From an uncultured delta proteobacterium (GTDB taxonomy: Bacteria > Myxococcota_A > Polyangia > Polyangiales > Polyangiaceae), in contig CAVOKF010000008.1 of assembly GCA_963696385.1 (NCBI GenBank), positions 128,001-192,000 of the forward strand: 64,000 nucleotides of DNA. Reading direction: 5' to 3'. The notes below the pieces were generated by a model that was not told the origin of the DNA, ran no database searches, and was given only the letters and a program-made list of their open reading frames with translations. The position numbers and the translations under genes were made by a program. Positions 37,688 through 47,551 of the stretch are shown in pieces (position 1 is the stretch's first letter; each line of letters opens with the position of its first letter).

Positions 37688-38461
37688 GTGCCCGTCCACG
37701 TGTCGATTCACGATGCAGCTCCGTGTTGGGCATCCGAGGTCGAGGCGGCGTTGCGCCTCTGCCACGCCGAGCGAATCCGGCCTGCGCTTCTCGTGGTCCC
37801 CAATTTCCATGGCACTGCCCCGCTGCTCGAATCGCCGACGTTTTGTTCGCGGCTGCGCGATCTCCAAGCCGACGGCCACGAAGTGTTTTTGCACGGCTTT
37901 CTTCATCGAAGCTCGCCTCGGTACGACCCGAGCCGCGGGCATTCGCGCATCGGCTGGCTCTTTGCGCAGCGGCTCGCATCGGGCGGCGAGGCCGAAATGA
38001 GCGACGTGTCCGAGAGCGAAGGCCGCGATCGCATCGAGGCCGGAGAGGTCGTGCTCCACCGTGCGGGACTCACGATCGATGGGTTCGTTGCCCCGGCCTG
38101 GTCGATGCCCCGATGGCTATTGCCGTGGTTGTCCGAACGCGGGTATCGATTTAGCGAGGATCACTTTCGCGTTTATGACCCCAAGGAGCGACGCTCGCGG
38201 AGCAGCGTCGTGCTCAACTGGGCCACTCGGTCTCCCGAGCGCATCCTCTCGACCATCGGCTGGTGCCGGTTGGCACGCTACGGTCGGGCCTTCGTTCCGG
38301 CGCGCATCGCCATCCACCCGGCCGACATGCGTGTCTGGATCGTCCGCAGGGAAGTCGAGCGTCTGCTCCGATGGGCGCGCGGCGACGTCGTAGCGCGCGG
38401 AGCGGATCTCTTCGGGCCTCGCGAGGCCATGGCCTCCCCGGCGCCGGGTGGATCCGTGTGA
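37688..38461 (+). CDS. DUF2334/polysaccharide deacetylase-like protein
   Basis: VSIHDAAP, LLVVPNFHG, HEVFLHGFLH, GFVAPAW, RIAIHPAD. Confidence 0.85.
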   Translation: MPVHVSIHDAAPCWASEVEAALRLCHAERIRPALLVVPNFHGTAPLLESPTFCSRLRDLQADGHEVFLHGFLHRSSPRYDPSRGHSRIGWLFAQRLASGGEAEMSDVSESEGRDRIEAGEVVLHRAGLTIDGFVAPAWSMPRWLLPWLSERGYRFSEDHFRVYDPKERRSRSSVVLNWATRSPERILSTIGWCRLARYGRAFVPARIAIHPADMRVWIVRREVERLLRWARGDVVARGADLFGPREAMASPAPGGSV

Positions 38462-40341
38462 GCGCGTGGCCCATCGAAGTCGCCGCGACCCCGGCCCTGC
38501 GGGACGCCTCGGCAATGACCCCCGCCGAGGTTCGGCGATACCTCCTGGCGAGTCTCGTGCTCGTGATGGTCACGTCGTACTTCAGCGTGACATTCTTTCA
38601 CCCCGACGAGCACTACCAAGTGGTCGAGCTCGTCGGGCTGAAGCTCGGAAGGACGACGGAAACGAACCTTCCCTGGGAGTTTCACGAGCGGATGCGCGCG
38701 TGGCTGCAACCGGCCGCCTATACCGCCATCGCACGCGCCGCCGAGACGATCGGCCTTCGCGACCCATTTGCTTTGGCCTGGCTATGGCGCATGGCCTCGG
38801 GGCTTCTCGCGTGGGGAGCGATCCGCAGCATGATACGAACGTCGTTGGGCTGGTGCGACGGCCGGACCAGCGCGATCGTGCAGATCCGAGCCATCGCGCT
38901 GCTCGGGTTCGTTCCTTATCTGGCCGTGCGCACGTCGTCGGAGAACGTCTCGTGTTCGCTCCTCACGATCGGCTTCTGCTTCTGGATGGGCAGGCTCCAT
39001 GCCGGCGATCGTGCAGCCGGCGGCGCCGACCGCGGGAGCCGTTCGACCCTTTCCGCGCCCGTCGCATTCGTCGGCGGAGGACTCTTCGGACTCGCCTTCG
39101 AATGCCGCTTCCAGACCGCGGTCCTCGCTGCCGGGCTGATCGCGTGGCTCTGCGTTTTTCGGCGACTCCGGCCGGGGGGAGCCCTTTCGCTCGCGGCCGG
39201 CGTCATCGCCGCCCTAGCGGTCGGCTTGCTGGTCGATCGGTGGGGGTATGGCGAATGGACCTTCCCGGCCGTCCACTATTTCTATCGGAACGTCGTCGAC
39301 CGAATCGCGTCTCGCGAGTTCGGGGTCACTCCGGTCTACGGCTATCTCTATCTTCTTCCGTCCAACATCTTCGGGCCGGTCGTCGTCGTTCTGATGGCCG
39401 GTTTGACCCTGACCTGGGTGCGCCACCCCAAGCATCCTCTGACCTGGGCAACCCTGCCCTACGCCTTCGTCCACTGCGCTTTGGACCACAAGGAAGAGCG
39501 GTTTTTCTTTCCCATCCTGCTTTTGGCGACGGCCGGCGTGACGCTCGGCTTTTCTCCCGCTCGTCGCATTTCCCCTCTGGGCCCGATCGGGTCGCGTGTC
39601 GCGCGGATCGGCGACCTGGTCGCCGGACGACTCTGGAACTTGCGATGCGGCTGGATCGCCCGAATCGTCGTGGCCGACAACCTGCTCGGCCTGCTGCTCT
39701 TGGCCGTCTACCCGCTCGGTTGGCGATCCAATCTCACGTTTTATGCCTACGTCGACCGTCACCTGCAGCCCGATTCGCGCATCCTGAAGCTCGGCGACTG
39801 GCATTTCCCCGAATACCCATTTTATCAAAACGGCCTGTGGCGCGTCGAAACGCTGGCTCGGACCGACAACGTGCACGCCTCGAGGATCGAGCCCCTGCGA
39901 CGAGAGCCCACCTATTTCGTGACGCCGCTGCCGTACGACGGCGTGCCCACCCGCGCCGGCGCGACGGCCGAGCTCGTCTACTCGGACTTCCCCGGCTGGC
40001 AATGGTCGACGATCCGGGACTGGGTCGGCCCGCTTCTTCGACACGCCCGTCGGATTCTCGACCCCATCGAAATCATCCCCCAGGCCAAATGGCTGACGCT
40101 CTATCGCCTCGAGTCCGGCAGCTCGCCGCCCATCGGTTTGCCCGAACGGCTCGGTAGCGACGGCGCCGTCGCGCTTTCGGTCTCGCGCGCGGGCGCGACG
40201 CCGTCCACGGCGAAGACCCCCGAGCCGCCGTGGCTCCGACGGCGCGCGGGCGAGATCAAGTGCAACATCGACGGGACCACGAACAAGGCGCTCGCCAGGC
40301 ACGCGACCTCGCCGCTCATCGCGACCCAGCCGAAGGACTGA
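38458..40341 (+). CDS. GT22 (Alg9/PIG-B-like) membrane mannosyltransferase
   Basis: FFHPDEHYQ, PWEF..MRAWLQP, RTSSE, DRWGYGEWTFP..YFYRNV, HKEERFFFP; multi-pass. Confidence 0.82.
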   Translation: MSAWPIEVAATPALRDASAMTPAEVRRYLLASLVLVMVTSYFSVTFFHPDEHYQVVELVGLKLGRTTETNLPWEFHERMRAWLQPAAYTAIARAAETIGLRDPFALAWLWRMASGLLAWGAIRSMIRTSLGWCDGRTSAIVQIRAIALLGFVPYLAVRTSSENVSCSLLTIGFCFWMGRLHAGDRAAGGADRGSRSTLSAPVAFVGGGLFGLAFECRFQTAVLAAGLIAWLCVFRRLRPGGALSLAAGVIAALAVGLLVDRWGYGEWTFPAVHYFYRNVVDRIASREFGVTPVYGYLYLLPSNIFGPVVVVLMAGLTLTWVRHPKHPLTWATLPYAFVHCALDHKEERFFFPILLLATAGVTLGFSPARRISPLGPIGSRVARIGDLVAGRLWNLRCGWIARIVVADNLLGLLLLAVYPLGWRSNLTFYAYVDRHLQPDSRILKLGDWHFPEYPFYQNGLWRVETLARTDNVHASRIEPLRREPTYFVTPLPYDGVPTRAGATAELVYSDFPGWQWSTIRDWVGPLLRHARRILDPIEIIPQAKWLTLYRLESGSSPPIGLPERLGSDGAVALSVSRAGATPSTAKTPEPPWLRRRAGEIKCNIDGTTNKALARHATSPLIATQPKD

Positions 40342-42815
40342 AGGGCTTGCATGTCCGCGAGCAGGAGCGAACTGTACCCGATGGTCGTCGTGTAGCTGCA
40401 CAGCGCTACGGCGCCGCCCACCCTGTGCAACGCGCTCGTCACGTTGCCGCCGAGCAGCCGAGTGCGATCGTAGATATTGAACGGGTATTCGCAGCCGACC
40501 CCGAAGGTGATGGGTAGCGCAATGAAGTTCAGAAAATTGAGCTTCACGTTCATGGCCGCGGCTCCGCCGAGCGTCCAGAGGACCCCCATGGCGAGCGACG
40601 TCAGCACGACGAGCGCCCCGACCAGATCGTGCGTCGCGATCAAGACCACGACGACGACCGCGCCGAACGAGGCCACGGTGGCGAGCGGGCCGTCTCGCTC
40701 CATCGAGCGGATCATCTCGGCGAAGATCGTCGCGCGGCTGGCCGTGAGCACCTTCGTTCCATCCGGCAAGACGACGTTGTCGGTGGCGCGCGCGATTCTG
40801 AGCAAATTGTGGCCATTCGACAGGACCACGTCGTTTCGATATTTGACGTAGAAGACGGTCCCGACCGTGCCGTTGTTTTCCTGAAACCGCCGCCGAAGCA
40901 AACTCGGCAAATCCTTCGCGCCGATGGGACGCAGAGTTCGCGGCGGCGTCAAATCGTCGACATCCGATCGCTCTTGGGCGGAAAGCCCGTGGAGCACGGC
41001 CGGCGTGAGGCGATCGCGAATGCGATCGAGGATCGCGATCTTGGCGCGCTGCTCCTCTTCCGTGCCCGGCAAGACGTCTGCCACGGTCAAGACTTCGTGA
41101 ATGAGCGGCCCTTGGGGATCGGCCGCGTCGTTCTTCAGAATCTGCGCCTTGAGCAACGGCACCTGATCGGGGGTATCGGCGAGCATCACGGCGCCCGAAA
41201 TGTTGTTCTTGCCGCCGAACACGTCGTCGGCCTTGATGGACCATTCGGCCGCGCCGCCGGCCTTGGATCCCTTGGACCCGAGTTTGTCGAAGTTGTACTC
41301 CCAGGGGTCGCGCAAATAGGTCGGCAGCCTCGACAGGGCGAGCGCGGAGAGCGCGATGGCACCCAGCACGAACGCCCACGGCGCGCGCGCCGTCACGCGC
41401 GCGACGAAGCGGATGACGGGCCCCGGCATTCCGTCGACGGAGTGTCGTTCGCGCTCGCGCCACGAGACCGGAAGATGCGCTTCGACGCGCTCCTGAAGCG
41501 CGATCATGGCAGGCACGCAGGGGATGATCGTCACCCACACGAGCAGCATGCCCACGAAGCCGATCAGGCCAAACTGGTTGAAACCGCGAAAGCGGGTGAT
41601 GGTCAGCGAACCGTACGCGATCGATCCGACGCACGCGCCGACCAGCTCGGCCCGGAATGCGTTGAGCACTGCATCGCGACGGGCCTGTTGCGGGGTGAGC
41701 CCACGGGCTCGAAATTCGCGGTAGCGCGACAAGAGAACGATCGGGTAGTTGATGCCGTTTCCCAGGATGATCGCGCCGAGGAACGCGCCTGACGTGTTCA
41801 CGTAGCCAAAGCGGGCCATGGCAAACGAGTAGGCGAACCCGACGCCGAGCAGCGCGGGCAACGCGATCGTCGGGATGGACCACAGCGAGCCGTAAAACAA
41901 AACGATGCCGGCGAGGATGACGACGAGCACGAGCACCGACGCCCAGGCGGCCGACGAGACGAGCGATTGTTTCTCGGCGACCGCGTTGGGAATGTCTCCG
42001 GCGAATCCGACGCGCATGGCGGGGTCGAAACGGGCGGGACGCAGCCGCTCTACCAACGCCCGCACATCCGCATAGAGTAGGTCGCCCAGCCGGTCGCCGG
42101 TGCCCGTGCTCTGGGAGACGATGCGAAGGCCGACGGTATGGCCGTCGGGCGTCGAAAAGTACCCCGACGGAAACTCGTCCAATGTGGCGTACTTCGACTT
42201 CATCTGGCCGCGAAGCTCGCCGAGGCCGAGCGCGGAGGACGGGTCCGATGCCGCGTTCGAGTCGCCGCCGGGCTTGTCCGCGACCTCTTCGTCGTCCAGG
42301 CTTTCGACCAACCCGCTCCGAATCGCGATCTGGCGATCGACGCGGTCGTAGGCTCTATCGAGATCCGCCGCACTGGCGTACAGCCACTTGGACGCCTCGA
42401 CGAACGCGTGAACGTCCTTCGTGCCTCGCTCGACGTACGCGATGAGCGGGGGCGCGCACGTTTGCGGGCATGAAGGAGTCGTGCACGCCGCGACGCACCG
42501 CGACCGCTCGCCCATCCGCCCCTCGATCGCGTCGGCCACCGCATCGATCAACCGTTCGTTGGCCTCGACGTCGGGGGAATCGGCGAGCACGAGCAACGAG
42601 CCCCGACCGCCCACGCGTCCGAGCTGGTGCTCGAAGGCCGCAAACCCGGGGCTGTCGCGAGGCAGGAGCTCGAGAAAATCGGAGCGCAGATCCAGGTGCG
42701 ATGCGTAACCCCACGACGCGATCAGGAACAGCAGCGAGACGACCAGAACGAGGATCGGCCGACGGGCGCTGAAATCGACGATCCGGACAATGAGCGTTTT
42801 CATGAGCGTGGCCAT
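40101..42815 (-). CDS. MMPL/RND-family lipid transporter (HpnN-like architecture)
   Basis: Two TM bundles with large extracytoplasmic loops; GAIILGNGINY, TRFRGFNQFG, ITFGVGCEY, TTTIGYSSLL. Confidence 0.88.
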   Translation of the reverse strand: MATLMKTLIVRIVDFSARRPILVLVVSLLFLIASWGYASHLDLRSDFLELLPRDSPGFAAFEHQLGRVGGRGSLLVLADSPDVEANERLIDAVADAIEGRMGERSRCVAACTTPSCPQTCAPPLIAYVERGTKDVHAFVEASKWLYASAADLDRAYDRVDRQIAIRSGLVESLDDEEVADKPGGDSNAASDPSSALGLGELRGQMKSKYATLDEFPSGYFSTPDGHTVGLRIVSQSTGTGDRLGDLLYADVRALVERLRPARFDPAMRVGFAGDIPNAVAEKQSLVSSAAWASVLVLVVILAGIVLFYGSLWSIPTIALPALLGVGFAYSFAMARFGYVNTSGAFLGAIILGNGINYPIVLLSRYREFRARGLTPQQARRDAVLNAFRAELVGACVGSIAYGSLTITRFRGFNQFGLIGFVGMLLVWVTIIPCVPAMIALQERVEAHLPVSWRERERHSVDGMPGPVIRFVARVTARAPWAFVLGAIALSALALSRLPTYLRDPWEYNFDKLGSKGSKAGGAAEWSIKADDVFGGKNNISGAVMLADTPDQVPLLKAQILKNDAADPQGPLIHEVLTVADVLPGTEEEQRAKIAILDRIRDRLTPAVLHGLSAQERSDVDDLTPPRTLRPIGAKDLPSLLRRRFQENNGTVGTVFYVKYRNDVVLSNGHNLLRIARATDNVVLPDGTKVLTASRATIFAEMIRSMERDGPLATVASFGAVVVVVLIATHDLVGALVVLTSLAMGVLWTLGGAAAMNVKLNFLNFIALPITFGVGCEYPFNIYDRTRLLGGNVTSALHRVGGAVALCSYTTTIGYSSLLLADMQALQSFGWVAMSGEVACLASALFVVPSMLHLISPARRRSHGGSGVFAVDGVAPARETESATAPSLPSRSGKPMGGELPDSRR

Positions 42816-42900
42816 CGCGACCTCGCCAGAGGCGTGTGCCACGCCGCGCCCCCGTCGGGGCGACCGGCGTTTCCGCAGATCGCCGGGATGCGCCGAGCCA

Positions 42901-44202
42901 TCACCGCGCTACACGCTCGATCTCGCGCTGGATGACGCGGGCGTGAGGACGCGCATCGAAGTCGCGTTCGACGAGAGCGCGCCCCGCTTGGCCGTGCGCC
43001 TTGCGCAGGTCCGCACGACGGAAATACTCGACGAAATGCCGCGCCATCCGACCCACGTCGGGTGGCTTGCCGGCGAGCAACCCGTTGACACCGGACTCGA
43101 CCATCTCGGGGATGCCGCCCATGGCGAAGGCGACGACAGGCTTGGCGAGCGCCATGGCTTCGAACGTCGCTCGTGGCAAAGGATCCTCGTAGACGCTCGG
43201 GATCACCGTCACGTCGAAGTCGCGCACGTACGCCTTGATGTCGGCCTGGAACCCGACGAAATGAAAATGGCGGTCGAGCGCCAGTTCGCCCACGAGCGCG
43301 CGGCACTCGGCGAGATGATCGACTTGGACGTCTTGCGGAGTATCGCCGATGACCACGAACCGCGCGCGCCTGCGCTCCTCTTCGGTCAGCGCATCCATGG
43401 CCAGGCGCGCCGCACGAATCATCTCGATATACCCCTTTCGCGGCAAGATGCGCCCTTGACTGCCAAAGACGACGGTGTCGGACGACAACCCCAATTGGGA
43501 GCGCAGCGCACGCGGCCCGTCCACGGAAAACTCCTGGGCGTCGATCGAGTCGTGCACGATCGTCACCTTGTGGCGCGCGCATGGATCGAAGAGCCTTGCG
43601 GTCGGCTGGGACACGCAGAGAATCGAGCGCACGGATCGGCTCGCCGCGAGGTGTCCGTGCAGCCGCGACAAGGCCGGCGCCACGGTCGAGTAGAAGACGT
43701 GCCAGATGACGGGTACCCCGGCCAGCCGGCCGAGCGCCGCGCCGGCGAAGTTCGCGGATGTGCCGTTGCAAAAAATCGCGTCGTAGCGGCCGCGTCGCAC
43801 CCGAGCCGCGAGCCGGGCCATGCCGACCGCCGCCCGGCCGACGTTGCCCGCGGCCCGCACGCCGCGGACCAGCCGTGGCGCTTCGAAATCGGCCCGATCC
43901 ATCGCGCGGTCCCACGGTTCGACGAGGTTCTCGATCCAGTTCGGCTCGAACCAGATCTCGTCGGTCGCCCCGTGGCGGCGCAATCGATCGGCCACGACAC
44001 CGTCGCGCGGAACGACCACCGACCGATAGACGACGCTCGGGTCGATGAACTTGAGGATGTACAGCAGGGTGCTGCCGGGTCCCCCGTTGCGAGACGTGTC
44101 GTTGATGAAGAGGACTCGCAAGCGTTCCCGTCCGATCGCCGCCCGAGACGCCTCTGGCGGCACCCGAGGCGCGCCGTCAGTCGTCGAACTTGAAGAGATC
44201 AT
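42901..44202 (-). CDS. GT4 glycosyltransferase
   Basis: LRVLFINDTSRNGGPG, GRILPRKG, PSVYEDPLPRATFEAMALAKPVV..GGIPEMV. Confidence 0.9.
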   Translation of the reverse strand: MISSSSTTDGAPRVPPEASRAAIGRERLRVLFINDTSRNGGPGSTLLYILKFIDPSVVYRSVVVPRDGVVADRLRRHGATDEIWFEPNWIENLVEPWDRAMDRADFEAPRLVRGVRAAGNVGRAAVGMARLAARVRRGRYDAIFCNGTSANFAGAALGRLAGVPVIWHVFYSTVAPALSRLHGHLAASRSVRSILCVSQPTARLFDPCARHKVTIVHDSIDAQEFSVDGPRALRSQLGLSSDTVVFGSQGRILPRKGYIEMIRAARLAMDALTEEERRRARFVVIGDTPQDVQVDHLAECRALVGELALDRHFHFVGFQADIKAYVRDFDVTVIPSVYEDPLPRATFEAMALAKPVVAFAMGGIPEMVESGVNGLLAGKPPDVGRMARHFVEYFRRADLRKAHGQAGRALVERDFDARPHARVIQREIERVAR

Positions 44203-47200
44203 CGAGGTCGCTCTTGGTCAGCTTCTTCGCGCCACCCACGTCCTCGGAGAGAACCGCCCCGACGAGCTCGCGCTTTTTCTCCCCGAGCTCGATGATCTTC
44301 TCTTCGATGGTGCCCTTCGCGACCAGACGGTAGGTCGTGACGACCTTCGTTTGTCCGATCCGGTGCGCACGGTCGGTCGCCTGGTCCTCGACGGCGGGGT
44401 TCCACCACGGATCGAAGTGGATGACCGTGTCGGCCGCGGTGAGGTTCAAGCCGCTGCCGCCTGCTTTGAGGGAGATGAGAAATACCGGCGGGCCGTCGTC
44501 GCTCTGGAAATGCTCGACGACCGACTGCCGATCCTTGGTCGATCCGTCGAGGTACGCGAAGGTCACTCGATCTTCCTCCAGGGCTCGCCGAATGAGCTGC
44601 AGCATGGTCACGAACTGGCTGAACACGAGCACCTTGTGGCCCCCGGCAATGCTCGTCTGAATGAGCTCCCGGAGTGCCACGAGTTTGCCGGAGTCCTCGT
44701 CGCCGAACTCGCGCGGAAGGCCGAGCAGCCGCGGGTCGCACGCCGCCTGACGCAGTCGCGTCAAGCCCGCGAGAATCTGGATGTGGCTGCGGGCCACGCC
44801 AATCCGCTCGACCTCGCCCATGACCTGCGCGCGCACCTCCTTGAGCACCGCCGCATAGAGCGCTCCTTGCTCGCCGATGAGTTCGCAGAATTGGTCCTGC
44901 TCGATTTTCTCCGGCAGGTCGCGGGCCACCTCGGACTTCGTGCGGCGAAGAATGAAAGGATGGATGGTGACCCGGAGCCGCTCGGCGGCCGTCTTGTCTC
45001 CCGCGTCGATCGGGCGAGAGTAGCGCTCTTCGAATTTGTCGAGCGGGCCCAGAAGACCGGGGCTCACGAAGTCGAATATCGACCATATCTCGCTAAGTCG
45101 ATTCTCGATCGGCGTCCCGGTCAAAGCGAGTCGCCGATCGGTCTTCAGGCGCTTGGCGGCGCGTGCCGTCGCACTGAAGGGGTTTTTGATCTGCTGCGCT
45201 TCGTCGACGATGACGTAGCGCCACGGGATCTCCTTGAGGAGCTCCTCGTCACGCCGCAGGAGCGCATAACTGGTCACGACGACGTCGGCGTCTTCGAGTT
45301 CGTCCTGTCGCTCCTTGCGTTCGGCGCCGTGCCAGAGCGCGTGCCGGAGAGAAGGCGCAAATTTGTCCATCTCGCGGAGCCAATTCGTCACGACACTCGT
45401 CGGCGCGACGATGAGTGCCTTGAAAGGCTTGCGCCGCCCCTCGATCTTCGCGTCCTCGTTCTTGACCGCCAAAAGCAACGCCAGCGTTTGCACCGTCTTG
45501 CCGAGACCCATGTCGTCGGCCAGCACGCCGCCGGTCCCAATCTCGTGCAAAAACCAGAGCCACTGAAACCCTTGCTCCTGGTAGGGCCGCAGCTGCGCCT
45601 TCAGGTTTCTTGGTTTGCGCGCCCCCTTGATCTCGTCGATTTCTTTGAGCTTCTTGAATATTTCTCGGGTCTCGCCGGATATCCCGGACCGCCCCACCTG
45701 GGCCAGGAGATCTTCGATGCGGCCGGCCTGCGAAAGCGGCAGCCGACCTCCGTTGCCACCGCCGGTCGCGAGGATTTCCGCTTGGCGCTGAAGAACCTCG
45801 CGAACCTTCTGCGGGTCCAGTCGAGCGAACGTGCCGTCGGCGAGTCGGACGTAGCGTCGTCCTTCCGACAGGCAGCGCGCGAGCTCCTCTTGCGTGACGG
45901 CGACGCCCTCGCTCTCGAAGTTGAGCCGGAGCGATAGCCAATCGACCCCACTCGATACGCGGGCGTTGGCCGTCAGCGCCTCGTCGCGAACCTGCACGTC
46001 GACGAGGTCGTCGGGTACGAAGATGTCCCAGTCGTCGGGCAGCAGGCCGATTCCCTCGGTCCAGAAGCGCAGCGCGTCGTCGCCTCGCGCGACGAACTTG
46101 TTGCCGTCTTCCGCCGGTACCAGGCCCAGATCCCGCAGCTTGGCCGCGGCGGACTGCTGCGCGGCGATGTCGCACCGAATGCAGCGCGCGCGCTTCGCGC
46201 TGCCCGGCCCCGGCGACTTGACGATCACCGGAAGGGTCATCCCATCGGCTCGGACGTCGACTTCGGTGTCTTCGTACGCCGCGCGCAGGCTCACCTGGGC
46301 TTCGATCAGATTGCCACCGGCTGCGACGCGGAACGTCGGAACGAGGTCGACGACGTCGGCCACCTGCGACAGCTCGGGCAGCTCGGCCCCGACCTCGACC
46401 GCGACCTTCGGGAGTCCGTGCATGACGAGCTCGGCAAGACGCTCGACCGGTTCGCCAATCGCCGACAGCCGGAGCAGCCGCCGAATCGCCGCCGGAGATA
46501 CACGCCGGTCGATGGGACGCGCCCAGCCCTCTTGCGCGTCGACGTACCACCCGGGGCTACCCTCGAACCAGGCACCGCTCGTCGTGGTGAATCGCCGCGG
46601 GTCTCCTTGCCGCTGAAAGGAGGCGCGCACCATGATCTGTGCGCCGTCGGGCGACAGTTCGAGATCAAAGCGCGGCCGCAATGGCTCGTCGCCGAAGCGC
46701 AGCTCCATCATTTGGGGCTCGACGATGACGCGTCGCCCCTTCAGCAGCGGCAAGAGGTCGCTCGCGTCTTCGCCGCGAACGTCGATGCCCACCCGCCGCG
46801 GACCCTGATTCTCGAAACGAGCCAGCAGCCGCACGGCATCCCGATCGGCGGTGGGGTGTTGGTCTTGCGCGAGCAGCAGAGCGCTCGGCAAGAGCGGAAC
46901 GCGGGCGTCCGGATCGAGCAGCGTAATGGTGAGCGCACCGCTCGTCGCGTTGGGGGAATGGCCCGGTTGCTTGATCTGAAGCCGGTACTCGATGTGCTTG
47001 GGGGCGGGCGGCATCGGCTCGGGAAGCCACGCGTCGACGCCCGTCCCGCTCGGAACGAGCGCGCGCGGCGGGGGCGCGCCTGGATGCCCGGCATGCGCCG
47101 CCTTCATCGCGCGCGCCCGCGCTCTCTTGCTGCGACGGCCCTCTCCGTCGACGCCGGCCACGTGCACGGTGCCGCCGTGCACCGTGTAATGGACCCCGTT

Positions 47201-47551
47201 CGGCGGCGCTTGCGGCGCCGCAGCCGGACGTGGCTGGGCGCCGCGCGCCTGATCGCGTAGCGCAATGAGCAACGCTGCGACATGCTTGCAATGCCCCCCA
47301 TTGCTCGATGCGTAGGCCGGACACGTGCAGTTCGAAGTAAAGCCACTGGGCGATAGCTTCAGCGTCACCTTGTAAGGCTCTGCTTCGGTGCCGCGTACGT
47401 GTCCGCGCGCCCCTGCGTCTTCGATGACGATGTTCTCGACGGCGTGCCGTCGCACGTAATCGTAGCCGCGCAGGTAGGCGCGCGCCCCCAGAAGGCGTCG
47501 GAGGGCGCGATCGTTGAGTGTCGATAGGGCTTCGGTGAACGGTGAGGCCAA
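44177..47551 (-). CDS. SWIM zinc finger + SNF2-family helicase
   Basis: CTCP..HCKH (SWIM), LRPYQ, LADDMGLGKT, DEAQ, LTGTPIEN, SLKAGGSGLNL, QATDRAHRIGQ. Start uncertain. Confidence 0.94.
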   Translation of the reverse strand: MASPFTEALSTLNDRALRRLLGARAYLRGYDYVRRHAVENIVIEDAGARGHVRGTEAEPYKVTLKLSPSGFTSNCTCPAYASSNGGHCKHVAALLIALRDQARGAQPRPAAAPQAPPNGVHYTVHGGTVHVAGVDGEGRRSKRARARAMKAAHAGHPGAPPPRALVPSGTGVDAWLPEPMPPAPKHIEYRLQIKQPGHSPNATSGALTITLLDPDARVPLLPSALLLAQDQHPTADRDAVRLLARFENQGPRRVGIDVRGEDASDLLPLLKGRRVIVEPQMMELRFGDEPLRPRFDLELSPDGAQIMVRASFQRQGDPRRFTTTSGAWFEGSPGWYVDAQEGWARPIDRRVSPAAIRRLLRLSAIGEPVERLAELVMHGLPKVAVEVGAELPELSQVADVVDLVPTFRVAAGGNLIEAQVSLRAAYEDTEVDVRADGMTLPVIVKSPGPGSAKRARCIRCDIAAQQSAAAKLRDLGLVPAEDGNKFVARGDDALRFWTEGIGLLPDDWDIFVPDDLVDVQVRDEALTANARVSSGVDWLSLRLNFESEGVAVTQEELARCLSEGRRYVRLADGTFARLDPQKVREVLQRQAEILATGGGNGGRLPLSQAGRIEDLLAQVGRSGISGETREIFKKLKEIDEIKGARKPRNLKAQLRPYQEQGFQWLWFLHEIGTGGVLADDMGLGKTVQTLALLLAVKNEDAKIEGRRKPFKALIVAPTSVVTNWLREMDKFAPSLRHALWHGAERKERQDELEDADVVVTSYALLRRDEELLKEIPWRYVIVDEAQQIKNPFSATARAAKRLKTDRRLALTGTPIENRLSEIWSIFDFVSPGLLGPLDKFEERYSRPIDAGDKTAAERLRVTIHPFILRRTKSEVARDLPEKIEQDQFCELIGEQGALYAAVLKEVRAQVMGEVERIGVARSHIQILAGLTRLRQAACDPRLLGLPREFGDEDSGKLVALRELIQTSIAGGHKVLVFSQFVTMLQLIRRALEEDRVTFAYLDGSTKDRQSVVEHFQSDDGPPVFLISLKAGGSGLNLTAADTVIHFDPWWNPAVEDQATDRAHRIGQTKVVTTYRLVAKGTIEEKIIELGEKKRELVGAVLSEDVGGAKKLTKSDLDDLFKFDD

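Noticed and set aside
44045..45937. Long antisense or alternate-frame ORFs (also 2102-3862, 6493-8877, 18433-20544, 31063-33042, 39214-41883, 60653-62782)
   Set aside because: Shadow ORFs expected from high-GC codon bias; Arg/Pro-rich, no motifs, overlapping well-supported genes.
44177..47551. SNF2 helicase as part of an anti-phage defence island
   Set aside because: Standard SWIM-SNF2 architecture; no methylase, nuclease or mobility genes nearby and no compositional shift.
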